64,000 bases of DNA, taken from NCBI RefSeq assembly GCF_009914755.1, contig NC_060926.1; one strand, 5' to 3'. How positions within the stretch are numbered: position 1 is the first letter of the stretch; each line of letters begins with the position of its first letter. This DNA is from the human T2T-CHM13v2.0 reference genome, Homo sapiens. The translations under genes and the position numbers were made by a program. This document shows positions 1 to 15,204 of the stretch, piece after piece. A model generated the notes under the pieces. The model made no database searches and had not been told where the DNA came from. It saw nothing but the letters and a program-made list of their open reading frames with translations.

Positions 1-499
1 ATAATAATAAAGAAAATTTAAAAAATACAAGACTTCATACTTTTCTGAGGATAAAGAAGTAGAAGTTGATGAGTGATAATGGTATTGATGCTTTCTATTT
101 GCTTTTGAAACTATAAGATATAAATAAATAGAACAAGAGCTACTAAGCTACTATTTACTGAATTTTTACCTTATTCTAAGTAATTTTCATATATTAGCTT
201 CTTTCATGACTTGGGTTTAGATGTGTGTGAGAAACTGAATGAAATATAATATAGCTACAATACCAAATTCAAGAGAAATTTGGTGAGGTGAGCTTGGAGA
301 TAGGAAGGCTGTAGATTTTGGATAGCCATGTAAGTCATGTGCCCTTTATTTTATGGGCAGTGGGAAAGCATTGTGGGTTATAAGTATCAAATTACATTAT
401 AGGATAAAATATAATTAAATGATTTTTAAATTATATGAACAATTCAGATTTGTTTTATTATTAAATTGGAAAACATCTTAAAATTTTTACAGTAACCTC

Positions 500-1250
500 A
501 TGATAGGTGGAAAAGGAATAGAAATTTATACATTGTTTTTAGGAGTGGCAGTTGATACAACAATTTTTGGATGGCAATATTATACTATGAAATAAAATTT
601 TAAAATCACATACTCTTTTACATAGGAATACAACTTCTAGGAATTAAAAATCTGGATACTATCACAAAAATTTATCGTGAAAACTATATATTTGAAGATG
701 TCCAAAAATCCTAGAAGAGCATGTCACTACTTGAGAAAGACTAACATATATGTGCAAATAATAAGAAAGAATCATAAGAGCTGGTGTTGTTGATAGGACA
801 ATTGGCACTCTTAGGCACTATTGGATTGAATCATCATTATATTCACACAGAATAATTTAACCTTTATGAAAGATTTAGGTTTGACTCAGCAGTTTCGATC
901 ACTCATTCTAAGAAATTTATTGGATTCCAATCCAAAAATTTAAGTACAAATGTGCTATTGTAATGTTGTTTATCATAGCAACTAAAAATTAAGAGTTAAA
1001 TAAATTATAATACATTAAGCAGCTGAATTTTATATAGTCAATATAAGTATTTATAGAAGTAAATGGTCATAATAACCTATAAAAAGGAAATAAGCTACAC
1101 AATCACATTTATACAAATCTCATATGAGTAAGTCATATATACATATGTATATAAATATAAACATTATGAAAACTTATGCTAAGCTATTGGTAATGGTAAC
1201 CCTGTGATGATGGAATTTTAGGGGTTGTTATTGTTTTTGTGGTAGTGTTT
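500..1250 (+). mobile_element. Ancient L1M (L1ME-like) 3' fragments
   Basis: Degenerate L1 3' motifs, e.g. 'caacttctaggaatt', 'tttgactcagcagtttc', 'aatgttgtttatcatagcaa...taaattataatacatt'. Confidence 0.4.
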
Positions 1251-2479
1251 ATCTCTACTTCCTTTTCTTTCTGTGCAAGATTCTTTGTTATTTATTTAAT
1301 TAGAAACACTAAGAAAATTATTTACATAAATTCTATATCTCATAGCCAATATCCACAGTGTTTTTCCTTTTAGGAGACTCATAAATTCTTCCCCTAGAGG
1401 AGCCTGATATGCTAAATTTCACAGGAAGGCCTTAGAATAGACTACATCACTGGGACCTTTGGTATAGGCTGACTTAATCCCTCTGTTCAAAACTTGCTTC
1501 AAATATTGCCTAGAATATACTCAATTATTAATAAATGCTGAAAGGAATAAGACAACATCTAAACCCATCTCTCAGCTCTTATATTTGTTTTTGTTTGCTT
1601 GTTTTATGGATGTGACATTGATGATATACTTGTGTGACGTCTTTATGAGTGATAATTCTCAAATTATTGTGCAATTTCCATAGGTAGAATCTTTCCATTT
1701 ATATTAATTCTAAGTAGTATAATTCCTTCTCTCTGTTTTTATAGCATCATTTGCTTTATAAAGATAGATGAAAAACAGGAGTCTGAACGTTTTTCCTGTT
1801 TTCTCTGTCACTGAAAGAAGAATGTCAGTATACTTAAAGATAAGCAATTGAATGCAAATAATTTGGAAGAACCATTTTAATCACCATAATTGTACTGAAG
1901 CACTTAAAAATGCATGTATGGAATTGAAAAATAGATTAAAAATCCTTTCAATAAGTGTACTCATTTATTTAATTACTTTGAAGTTGGAAGTAAAACCATC
2001 CTTTCTGTAGGCTATAGTATTTCACTTTGGGTTAACAACTTAGTAAGATGAACACCATTTTTGACAGTTAGTGTGGGTCTTGATGTTTTATCAGCATTTT
2101 AATAAATTTGACTTCAGTCATTTATGTGCTTTATCATTGAGATTTTCCAATATCTTATTCCAATAAGAATGACTAATAGTTATGCTCATTTAAAAAGTAA
2201 TATTGCAATGCTGAGAATGATCATTGCCTTTATGTTCAGATTTATCTGAGAGTATGTGTGGCATCTTTCCTGAAAAATACACACAAGGTGATTATTTTGT
2301 TGGAGACATTGTTTGAAGACCAATTTATGTGTTATCTTTTATTTGAAAAGCAGCTTAAAAAGACAAACGATTCCAGCACAACATTCAACATTTGACAGTT
2401 CGGCTCAGTGATAACCTTATTCACTCACACGATGTAATGGTTATTTTTGTTGCAAAGGAACCCTCCCTGGTTTTCTTGT

Positions 2480-3310
2480 ATCTCCATTATACTTTGTCCG
2501 TAAGCTCTATGATGCTAGAATTTCCAAATAGATTGATTTTTCAACTAAAATTGAATGTATCTACTTATTCACTTTCAAACCCAAAATATACTCACCTATT
2601 TTTGCCTCAAATTCTTTTTAAAGCAGGGAAGTTAAAAATAATTTGTAAATCCCTAATTTCTCCAATTTTCGGTAACGATATCATTATCATCCAATGTATT
2701 TTGAGTCAAAACTGTGGTATTATTTTTATTCTTCACTTTTCTAGATCTTTCTTAACCACTTATATTAATTAAAATCTGCCCTTCAAAAATGATCTCTCAT
2801 CTTTTTTGTCCCCTCAGTATTATTCAACTTGATTATTGCTATTTTAGTTACCTTCTAATTCCACAACATCATCCACTCCCTTGTTCTTTCCCCAGTGGAG
2901 TACCTTTGTTCTATGGCCAAAATTATTCTCATAAATTAATCATGAATTTTATTATTAAGCATCACTGATGATTCATCACTGCCTATAAAATAAGATGCAA
3001 TTTTTTGGCATTCAAGACTCTCCACGATAGTTTCCAAAATTATCTTTTCAGCTCTATAATTTCACTTCTATAAACTTTTAACTCCTCATCCCCAACTCTC
3101 AACTCTCAACACTTATTTAGGTTCAAGTCCAGTGGATCATTTATCATTCTCTGAACATTTTCTTTGTAAAGAACTGCCGTCACTAGCTTCAATGTTCTCC
3201 ATAACTCAGACCGTTATAACCAAAAGCATATTTTTGGTGTAATATTATATCTTTCATGAAGGTTTAATGGATTATTTTTCTTTTTTTTGTTAATTTCTAC
3301 CTCTTCTGTA
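2480..3310 (+). mobile_element. L2 fragment (highly diverged)
   Basis: Pyrimidine-rich L2-like text, e.g. 'tcactgcctataaaataagatgcaattttttggcattcaagactctccacgat'. Confidence 0.5.
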
Positions 3311-5293
3311 CTTATATTTTCATTAATATATTTAAAATATTAATATTAGTCTTCTAACAGTTATTATAATATTTGTTTTGGTCTGTTTTATTTTGTGGGT
3401 GAAAAACACCAATTATATACAATGTGAGCATACCAGTATTGTGTATATATGTACATATGCATCCTCAAGCATCTATGTGTATGGTCTAAGTGTGTGCATG
3501 TGTGTATATGCATAGAGGTAGAATAATGAAGGTAGCTTAAGATGTAAGAGGTAATCTTTGCCTGTATAATGATTTTGTCATGGGCCAATTCTGATTATGT
3601 CACATCAGTTGAAGATGCACATCAAGATGTCTGAAATAACTTTCTTCTGCCTGTTCTGACCTTTGTTGTCTCACTTTAACTCATCATCCAGCTGCTGCCT
3701 GAGTATTTTGCTTTAATCTATTCTCTACTCAGCTAAATTAGAAATACTATTTTAGATGAAAATAGCACATAAGTATCCACTGAGAAATCCCTGGTGGTTT
3801 AATTATCACTGATTTTTTTTAGAAGCAATTTGAAATGGTCTCCAATTGTGGTTAATTTAGCAATGAGTTTTCAGTGGTGTGGACATAGTAATAAGTGTTA
3901 AAATATTAAACAAGCCTTCATTTTGATTGCCAAATTTCTTTTAGAGCAAAACTAATATAGAAATCCTTACAGTCAAGGCTTCTTTACAAATCCAAACCTG
4001 GAATGTGTGTGTGGGTTTGTTTTTAACCTTGCAGTGAAAAAATAAATTCCTCATTAAAGAAAACTAAAGTTTGAAAAAAAAAACATAAATCCTTTGCATA
4101 TACCCCTTATTTTTGAATCATGAGGCATTTTTGGTAAAAGTGGAAAGCAAATAATGTCACTTATCTTTAGTATAACTTCTTTTTTTATACAAAGAAAATA
4201 GTTTTAAGGAATAAAATGGTACATCAGATTCAACTCCTGACTAGATAATCATAATATTTACGGAAGACTATTTGACAACAGCTTAAAGGATACACAAAAT
4301 AAGAGCATTAAACCATGTAAAAGGGATTAGACTAGTGTTCTCTCAGCAGTGGTCAGAGTTGCATAAATCTGAAACTTGAATGGGAGAAGAAATGTGTGCA
4401 TTCTAATCCTAAACATGAAAAATATTCATTCTGAAATCTACGTTAAATACTTCAAATAAAAAAGTATTTATAATATCCATATGGGTTTTCTAAAATATAT
4501 TCTTCCAAAATATAAGTCAAGCATGGTTAAGACAGGCCCTTATCATTTAATGGAAAGGATTAGGAGTGAGTATAAAAATGTTTTAAGTCACGTTTTGCAA
4601 AGTTTATTCTGTGGAAAGTAAGTCCTACAAGGTACTTAATGGAAAAAGGTGTTCATGAATAAATGTTTTAAATATTTTGTACATATTATGTCATCCTGTA
4701 TTGAAGTTAAAGCATTCATTAACATATTAAAGACTGAGTATTTTGCAACACATTGGAAGCCAACTTTTCTCAAAATTATTTCAGAACAAGATAGCTTCCC
4801 AAGCCAAATGTGTCTTTCTTTTTTCTTAAAACACCAAGCCAGTATTCATCGAGACAAATTCTCAGAAATGTTGTTTAAAAGTGTTACCAATTAAAAACAA
4901 AACAAAACTTTACAGGTTTGTTTGTTACAGAAAACAGAATTGAAGTAAGAACTACTTTGCAATGGCTCATAGTATTAAGTACATAAAATAAAAGTGCCAA
5001 GGAATCCCATAGCTTTTGCTGACGGAAGCAAATCGCACTCACTGTACTGACTGTGCAATATTCCATTTGACTTCATTGAAGTTCTGTTTTCTCATAAAGG
5101 AGCAACAGTTGTGCCTCCCTCAGTGTGTTGAAAGGATCATATACAGCTATTTGTTTTAACAGCCCTAAAGTGCTACAAAATTTTCAACTTACATTTGCCT
5201 CACACTGCCTAATAAGCTTGATTTTTCATGTCAGTTCAATTTCCCCAGTCTGAAATGACTATTGTAAACATGTTCTCCTCTCACTTCTCTTAG

Positions 5294-5614
<321 letters not shown>

Positions 5615-5621
5615 TGAGTGA

Positions 5622-6007
<386 letters not shown>

Positions 6008-7479
6008 TTATCTAGTATTTTCATTGAGTTTTTCTCCTTTAGATTCTTACTGTCAATATTTTGTTATTCCTATCAAACTAAGATAAACAGTACCCCAAAC
6101 ATACAAAGCAACAAAACATGCAAACCTTTATCCTGTACCCGTCAGCTACCATCATACCTCTTACCTCTCAATGTCAAAAAATTTTAAAAGAGTTATAGGT
6201 ACATGCCACTCCTTCTGCTTACCTTCCAGTTACTCTGAATAAATAAATTGCCAGTCTGGTTTCTGCACATACAAGTTACTCTCAAATTTAGTTTTAAATA
6301 GCTAGCTACCAGTTTGTTTGTATGTGACAACTTTAATATCCTTTGAAAAATACTTATGAAAAACTGACTTCAAGTGTCTAGTTTTCTGTAAGTTACAAAG
6401 ATATATAGTCTACCTACATCTATTGTAAGCACTAGTAATAATTCAAAATGAAATTCTCTAAAAGATGTTAAATGAATAAAGTAAGATTTATTCCCAAAAT
6501 CAGAATCTCAGAGACAAGGTAATGTTAATGTTGCCTCTTTGAAATGCTAGTTTCTTCGCTCTGTGGTCCAGTTTGGATATCCCAGAAGTCATAAAGTATA
6601 ACGTCTTAATACCTCCAAGTATCCATTATCTACCTATATAATTTATTAATGGGCCGTGCATAAATGAGACACTTCTCAGTGGATTATGAATATATATTGC
6701 TTCTCAGATGTCTTAGGTTGATTTCCTTTTTAAATAACCAGTACATTTGAATTTAACCACGTCTTTTGTTCACAAACATCATCAAATTCTTAAATCTTAC
6801 ATTCAAATCCAAACTTTAGAAACTTTTCAACCTTTTACAAAGTATAATAAAGACTGCTCACTGCATCAGTGAAATGTGTTTTAAGTCCAGGATGTATTAA
6901 ATTAAAGTTCAAGCTTTGTCCTTAACTGTTTATTTTTTAGAACTCTCTTAATATCGGAGAGTAGTTCTCCTGTTGTATTCTAAAAAGACTCGCTGAATTT
7001 GAAATAAAAATTATTTTAATTACAGCAACAAAAAAGTCAATATTTTCAGCAGTTTTTTCTGTATGAGTTTATTCAAGAAGTGAGTTTTTATTGGACATAA
7101 CTTATATGCACATTGTACAGTTTTAATATATAAATGACTGTTTAAATCCTAACAGTGGCCTAATTTCATAAGTAGTATTTTGAAACAAAGTATCTAGGCT
7201 CTCTGTAAATAGTAAGGGCTATTAAGAATAGATTCCTTTTCTGCATGTTCCCTTTCCTGGTCTTTTTGGGTACTTTGCTTTGACTTTTTCCTTTCCCTTA
7301 TGTTGATTATATCATTTGTTTTAAACTTTTCTTCCCGAAATACTTATCTCCAAAGGCAGATATTGAGATGGGGACAAAAAATGTTGTTGGACTGGTAGCT
7401 AAAGAACAAACTATAGTTCAGAGAATATACTTGAAATCTCACAAGATAGGTACATTTTGTTTAGTAACTTTGTTATTTA

Positions 7480-7660
7480 GTAACTTTTACAGCATTATCA
7501 CTTTGATCTTAACAATAACTCTTCGAAAAATACACTAAAACTATGCCCTGCATCCAGCAAATGAGAAAACAAATTTGGATAAGATAAACATCTAAGATGG
7601 CAGTTGATAAGAGACATAGAATTAGAACACAGATCTGTCTTAAATTTCATGCTCTGATTT
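7480..7660 (-). mobile_element. MIR
   Basis: Resembles antisense MIR: 'cattatcactttgatcttaacaataactct...atgagaaaac...aattagaacacagatctgtct'. Confidence 0.55.
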
Positions 7661-8350
7661 TCCTGAAATTAATAAATGGCATGAATCTAAAGCTTTAGAT
7701 TACCTAAAATTTATTTAAATTTGGCTTTAGAATGTTAATTTATTCTCTACTGGACCACTATTAAAATTAATATGCATTCTCTGAACATGTAGCAAATGAT
7801 GATGAAAGACTCTGAAGATAATTGAGCCGATGAGAATAAAAACCTATGCAAACTTTTAAAAATTATTGATAAGCCCCATTTCAGTATATCATTATAGATA
7901 ATTGAAAGTTCATTCTCAAAGTGTAAGAAAGTTCTGTTCAATGTGGTAGTTGTGAGATAAACTCTGTAAATCTTACTAGTAATGAGATGTTATGTTTAGC
8001 AATGATTAAGAATTGTTATTGGCAAATTCTGGAAAAGAAATTATTTTCATGATATGTTTGTATCTGTAGATTAATATATATAAGCTATTTACACAGTACT
8101 CAGTATGTGAAATTGTAATGTAATTGACAAATACACAAAAAGGTTACTAATACCACTAGTCATTTCTACACTTTTATGTCTTCCCATCAGTGGCAAACTA
8201 AATCCTTATGCTTTCAACATTTTTCTACTTAGCATCAATATATCCTTCACACACAAAACATTCTGCCTTCAAAAAATACGCCAATCCTTTAATTAGAAAT
8301 TACAGACAATTTTCTGTTTGTTCATTCTTGTTCATATTTCTGACACTTGG

Positions 8351-8763
8351 TGATACGGTCTGGATCTTTGTCACCACCTAAATCTCATGATCAGTTGTAA
8401 TCCTCAGTGTTAGAGGTGGGGCCTGGTGGGAGGTGATTAGATCATGAGGGTGGATCTTTCATGAATGGTTTAGCACCATCCCCTCAGTGCTGTTCTCATG
8501 TTGGTGAGTTCTCACGAGATCTGGTTGTTTAAAAGTGTGTAGCATCTTTCCCCTCTGTCTTGCTCCTACTCTAGCCACATAAAACGTACCTGCTTTTCCT
8601 TCACCTTCCACAGTGATTTTAAGTTTCCTGAGGACTCCGCAGAAGCAGAAGCCACTATGCTTTCTGTACAGCCTGCAGAACCATGAGCCAGATAGCCTCT
8701 ATTCATTATAAATTACCCAGCCTCAAGTGTTTCTTTATAGCAGTGAAAGAATGGACTAATACA
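8351..8763 (+). mobile_element. MaLR solo LTR (MSTA/MSTB)
   Basis: TGATACGGTCTGGATC...GGACTAATACA termini; 5-bp TSD cttgg/ctttg. Confidence 0.92.
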
Positions 8764-9296
8764 CTTTGTATTCCAGATCATGAATTGTGTTTTGAAGGAA
8801 AAAAGTCACATAATTATAAGAATTTTGGAGGATACGATATATCTTAATAAAACATCTAATCTATTCAACTCCCCCCAAAATGGTTAAAAATTTTTATTAC
8901 AGATCTTTCGTGGGATTCTCAAATATTTTTGCATTTTTATTTATATATTATAGTAATTTAATTTCCATAAAATTTGCCCATTTTAATTCTACAATGTAAG
9001 GATTTTTAGTAAGTTTACAGAATTGTGCAACTATCTTCTCAACCTAATTTTACTCTATTGCCATTACCCCCGAAAAAAGTCCATACCTATTCTGACTTTC
9101 AACCCCAGGAAACATCTAATCTACTTTCTATCTCTCTATATTTGTCTCTTCTGGACATTTAATGTAAATAATTTGTGTTTTTTAATGTCTGAATTATTTC
9201 ATTGAGCATAACGTCTTCAAAGTTCATTCACGTTGTAACATTTATCAGTACTTCATTTCTTTTTATGACTGAATAATATTCCATTCTATGGATATA

Positions 9297-10465
9297 CAGT
9301 CATGTGCCACCTAATACTTTGGTAAAGGACAGACTGTATGTAGGATGATGATCCCATAATATTATAATAGAGCTGAAAATTTTCCATTGCTTAGTGATGT
9401 CATAGCTGTCCTTAAGTTGTAGCACAATGCATTACTTATGTGTTAGTGGTGATGCTGGTGTCAACAAACCTGCCGCACTTCTAATCATAAAAAAGTATAG
9501 CACATAAAATTATGTACAATACATAATACTTGATAATAAATAAAGTTACTGGTTTATATATTTACTGTATTATTTATTATTATTTTAAGTGTACTTCTAC
9601 TTATTAAAAAAAAGTTAACTATAAAATAGTCTCAGGCAGGTCCTTCAGGAGGAATTTCAGAAGAAGATATGGTTATTATGGGTGATGACAGCTGCATGCA
9701 TGTTATTTCTCCTTTTAGTGAGAGAAGATGTGGATGTGGAAGAAAGTGATATTGATGATCCTGACACGCTGTGTAGGCCTGAGCTAATGTGTACATCTTA
9801 AGTTTTTAACAAAAAAATTAAAATTAAAAAAAAAACATTAAAATAGAATCAACCTTATAGAATAAGAATATAAGGAAAATATTTTGTACAGCTGTACAAT
9901 GTATGTTTTAAGCTAACTGTTAATATAAGACATCCGTAAAGTTAAAAAATTAAACAGTTTATAAAGTAAAAATGTTACAGTAAGCTAAGGTTAATTTATC
10001 ATTGAACAAAATTTTTTAAAAAGAAAATTTAGTTTAGCCTAAGTATATAGTATTTATAAAGTCTACAGTAATGTACAGTAGTGTCCTAGGCCTTCACATT
10101 CACTCACCACTGACTCACTGTCTCACCCAGGGCAACTTACAATCCTGTAGTTTTCATTCATAGTGCCGAGAAAATGTGTATCATTTTTATCTTTATGCTG
10201 GATTTTTAGCATTACTTTTCTATGTTTAGATATGTTTAGACACACAAATACCATTGTGTTACAATGCCTATAGTATACAAGACAATAACATATTGTACAT
10301 ATTTGTAGCCTAGAAGCAATAGGCTAGACCATATAACCTAGGTGTGTAGTAAGCTATACCATCTAGGTTTGTGTAAGTACACTCTATTGATATACTCACA
10401 GTGACAAAACTGTCCAAGGACACGTTTCTCAGATCATATTCCCATCATTAAACAATGAATGGCTG
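9297..10465 (+). mobile_element. Tigger3b-like non-autonomous DNA transposon (TcMar-Tigger)
   Basis: Starts TA|CAGTCATGTGCCAC and ends ...AATGAATGGCTG (degenerate TIR); internal Tigger3 text; about 1.17 kb, no transposase ORF. Confidence 0.88.
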
Positions 10466-11023
10466 TGTACCACATTTTGTTTATTCATTCACTAATTGTT
10501 GAGGAATTGGGCTTTTCCCAGTTTGGGGGCATTGTGAATAAGCTGCTGTGAGCATTTATGTACAAGTCTTTGTGTAGACATCTGCTTTCATTTCTCTTGG
10601 GTAGATAACTAGGAGTAGAGCTGCTGTCTTATAGGGTTAACTGTGTTTAGCATATGAGAAACTGGCAGACAGTTTTCAAACTGCCTATAGCATTTTGCAT
10701 TCCTTTCAGCAATGTATGAGTGTTCCACCTTCTCTCATTCTCATCAACATTTGCTGTCTTTCTTTTGATTATATTTCAATAGATGTGAACGGGGCATGGC
10801 ATTGTGGCCATTACTTGCATTCCCCTAATGACTACTCCTGAGTACCTTCTCATGTGCTTATTGCCCAGTCATATATCTTCTTTGGAAAAATGTTCAATTC
10901 CCTTAACCATTTGTTGAATTATTTACTCTTTTGTTATTGACTTGTAAGCATTCTTTATATATTTTAGATATAAATCCCTTATCAGACTTATGACTTGCAA
11001 ATATTTTCTCCCATTCTATGGCA

Positions 11024-11328
<305 letters not shown>

Positions 11329-12656
11329 TCTGTGGAATGTTTTGAAGCATAAAACTTTTAAATTCTGATGAAGCCTAGTGTATTGTTTATTTATCACTTG
11401 TACTTTTAATACAATCTAATGAGTCAGGGAGTGACCCAAGATTATGAAAATTTACTCCAATGTTTTCTGTTTTATAACCTTACCTCTTATGTTTAGGTCC
11501 GTGATCCATTTTTATTTAATTTTCCTGTATGCTGTGAAATAAGGGTAGAAATTTATGTTTTTACAATGGATGCCCAATTGTCTCAGCACCATTTCTTAAA
11601 AAGACTATTCCTTTCCTATTAAAATTTCCTAGCATATTTGTTAAAAAATCAATAGATCATAAATGTAAGAGTTTATTACTGGGTTCTTAATTATATTCCA
11701 TTTATTTACATGTCTGTCATCATGCCAGTACCCTATTCCTTACTGTAGGTTTGTAATAAGTTTTGAAATGGGGAAATGTAATTCCTCCAAATTTGTTATT
11801 TTTTAAGGTTTCTTTGGCAATTTGGCATCTTTGTATTTATGTAGACATTTTAGGATCAGCTTGTAAGTTTTTGCAAAACCAAAAAAGCAGAGATTTTGAT
11901 AGAGATTCCATTGAATCTATAGACCAATTTGTAGAGTATTGCCATCTTAACAATATTAAGTCTTCTGATACATGAACATAGGATGCTATTCCATGTATTT
12001 AGGTCTTGTTTAATTTCTTTCAGCAATGTTTTATAGTTTCGAGTATAAATTTTTCACTTATTTTATTAAATTTATTCCTAAATATTTTATTCTTCTGGAA
12101 TCTATTGTGGATGGAATTATTTTCCTAATTTCATTTTCAGTCTGTTCATTGCTAATGTATAAAAATGCAATTTATTTTTACATGTTGATTTTAATCCTAT
12201 GACATTGCTGAATCAAATATTTTATGAGAGTTTAGAAAAGCCCACCCTAAATACATAATGATAACATTACAGAAAACTTAGGGGGAAATCTGTGAGCCAA
12301 CCATCTTGTTAAAATAATTCTGACATTCTGATGTAATTTTTTTATTTTAACAAATTTTTGCACAACTTTGTAGGATACATGTATAACACAATACAATGTG
12401 CCTTCTGTTTTTACATTTATTATTGTATTTTATGTGTTTTTCTATAACAGTTTTATAGAAAATATAACATAAATGATTACTTGTCAGAGAAGTAAACTTG
12501 TTATAGGACTTATCAGAATCCATAATTGAGGATATCAAGCCAAATTGTTTTGTATAAAAGTGTTTCAGAATAAATATATGGGTTCCGGGGTCAGAAATAT
12601 GGAAGTCAATATCAATAGGAAACATATAACTACTATAACAACAACAAAATCAGCAA

Positions 12657-12756
12657 TGCTATTGTGAATAGTGCTGCGATAAACATGCATGTGCAGTGTC
12701 TACCCAAATGCCCATCAGTGATAGACTGGATTGAAAAAAAAAAAAAAAAGAAAAAA
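12657..12756 (+). mobile_element. About 100-bp L1P micro-insertion with 5' inversion and A-tail
   Basis: Antisense L1 piece (12657-12701) joined to the adjacent sense L1 piece 'acccaaatgcccatcagtgatagactggat', then an A-run. Confidence 0.8.
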
Positions 12757-13067
12757 CTGTTTTCAGCTCTCACACTGTCTGTTTTACTGTCTTTTAAAAG
12801 TTCTTTAGTTCACCTATGGCTTTCTTAAATTATGATGTTGACAGAATACTTTGACCTGTATAAAGTATGGGAGACTATTGACCTCCTTGTTCTGGAGATT
12901 CATTATTTTATTTGCTGCAATCTTAGCTTCTATGCAGCAATATTACAGTCTCAGTTTATACTTATTTTGTGATCACCTAATATCCTGGTTTTTATACTCA
13001 TTAAATGTTGTTAAATCATGCTTCTGCCATATTTCTTGTGTACTTTCCTTCATCTTGTCTCCCTATG

Positions 13068-13165
13068 TTTCCCTCCCTTTCTCCTTCCCTCCCTCCCTCC
13101 CTCCCTCTCTCCCTCTCTCCCTCTCTCCCTCTCTCCCTCTCTCCCTTTCTTCTTTTCTTTCTTTT
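13068..13165. repeat. Polypyrimidine (CCCT/CTCT/CTTT)n tract, tail of the adjacent Alu
   Basis: Direct inspection. Confidence 0.9.
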
Positions 13166-13363
13166 GTCTCACTCTTTTGTCCAGGCTGGAGTGTGGGGGC
13201 ACAATCATAGCTCACTGTAATCTCAAACTCCTGGGTTTGAGCGATCCTCCCACCTTAGCCTCCTTGAGTATCTAGGACTACACGTGCACACCACCATGCT
13301 CGTTTGTTTTGATTTTTTAAAAATTTTTATATGGACAGGGACTCACTAAGTTGCCGAGGCTGG
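13166..13363 (-). mobile_element. AluJ, 5'-truncated
   Basis: J-type text 'caatcatagctcactgtaatctcaaactcctggg...gatcctcccacc'. Confidence 0.88.
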
Positions 13364-15168
13364 CATTTATTCTTCCTATGTTTTATTGTGTTGACTTTAT
13401 CCCACAGTAGTGTATTCTTTAAAAATATCTCTTGACTTATATAAACTAAAATTAAATAATAAAAATAGTCTTGGAAGCAAACCAGCCTACAGGTATACTA
13501 CATCCAAAAATTTCTAAATCTCATACCAAATTTGTAGTGATGCTTTGTATAAACATAACGTCCCAATTCTGCTTGAACTGTTACTACACTTCCACATAAT
13601 ACAGTAGAGTACGCTGTGCCAATATTATGCTATGCTTTCTACCAAGTGTCATGTGTTTTGCAGCAGCAGAAAAGATTTTAGTCAAATCAAAAAGCAATGA
13701 AACTCAAGAACTTTACCATTATATTTCTAGCTTTATTCTCTCATTGATGCTATATTTTTGAAACTTTGATATCCCATCATTATCACCAATAGCATAAAAA
13801 CAATAATGCCAATACTACAAATAATAAAAATGTATTATTGAAATGTATATGGATTAAAACAAATGTGCAACATTTGTAAGTGTTCATATGTCTTCAGATC
13901 TTTTCTGGCAGACCTGGAAAATAGTTATTGTCAAATCAACAATGAAAACAATAATAAACTATTAAATAGAGGAGTGAGGAAGGAGCTTTGCGTGTGTGTG
14001 TGCGTGCGCACGTGCCCACATGTGTTTTTGGTGGAATAAATACTTTCTCTATTTCCTAATTTATGATTCTACTAATCAGGTGTCTTCAAAACAATAATGT
14101 ATTCCTTGGCAATACAAATCTGAAAGCTGTCAGTAAATTCTGTCATTTATTTCCATTGTTTTCACCACGTACTAAAAGATAGAAAGAACAAGACTATAGG
14201 AGATTGACAGATTGTCCAGGCATATGCCACATTAGTTCCACAGTCAAATATATATTTTGCAAATCATAAGGCACACAGTCTTTTCAGGATTACACAATGA
14301 GGCACAGATCTTTACACACTGTCCAAACAAATGTCTTCCAAGCCAAGTAGACCTATGTGCTAAGGTTGATTTCAAAAAGAGTACGGTAAAGAAAATAAGC
14401 CAAGATAGGAGATCACAGGAGAAAATGGAGGTTGACAGATGAAGCACAATGGTAGGAACAGAGACTCTGAGATGGAACTTTGAGAATGCTGAATTTTCAA
14501 TCTCAAACTCATTTACTTATGGTCATAAGCCACTGAATTTACGTGTCAATATGAGAAGGGATGAAAGTATTCCAAGCTTGGAAAAATAACTAAGTTTCTG
14601 ACGATTGTTGTGGGAACCAATTGTATACTGTGAATAAGAATTAGTTTATTTGATAAGTTTGAGTTTGCTCTATTCATTTATAAAATCAGGATGAAACACT
14701 TTATAAACGCCAAGTCACATTATAAGTTATATATAAGACATAGGCATTTACTTAATCATAGTGTCATTTGAGGCAAATTACCTACAACATTTTCAGGTCA
14801 CCATCACACAAATAATGTCTGAAAAGAACCTGAGAAAAGCCCACTTTTTTGTTTGAATTTATTTTCTGTTACAAGGAAAAGCTTGAGATTATACAGTTGT
14901 TTTTAAGTTACTTGAGATGGTTTTGAAGAAATGGACTTGATGAGAGATGATAAGGGGAGGAATGTTTTAGTTCTTGCCATGTCCCTCTCTGATTATCTCC
15001 TCTGTGGTCAGAAGATAGGGACTGGGGTGAAGATGGCAATCTGGCCAAAGAGGAGGTGTTAGAGACTCATTGCCCTTCTTTACCATTTTGCCTAAAACCA
15101 GCCCTCCATCTGATTAACAGAATATCTGAGAAAGCAAATGTTTACTTAAAACCCAAATGATTCATGTC

Positions 15169-15204
<36 letters not shown>
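15169..15204. repeat. (TCTA)9 microsatellite
   Basis: Nine perfect units. Confidence 0.97.

Noticed and set aside
1360-1470. Acceptor-like 'tttttccttttag|GAG'
   Set aside because: All frames stop quickly and no convincing donor follows.
2392-2772. 126-aa ORF
   Set aside because: Non-ATG start, overlaps an L2-like relic, AT-driven F/I/L/S composition and no recognisable homology.
13990-14025. Alternating purine-pyrimidine run (Z-DNA candidate)
   Set aside because: Short, interrupted and very common in the genome.
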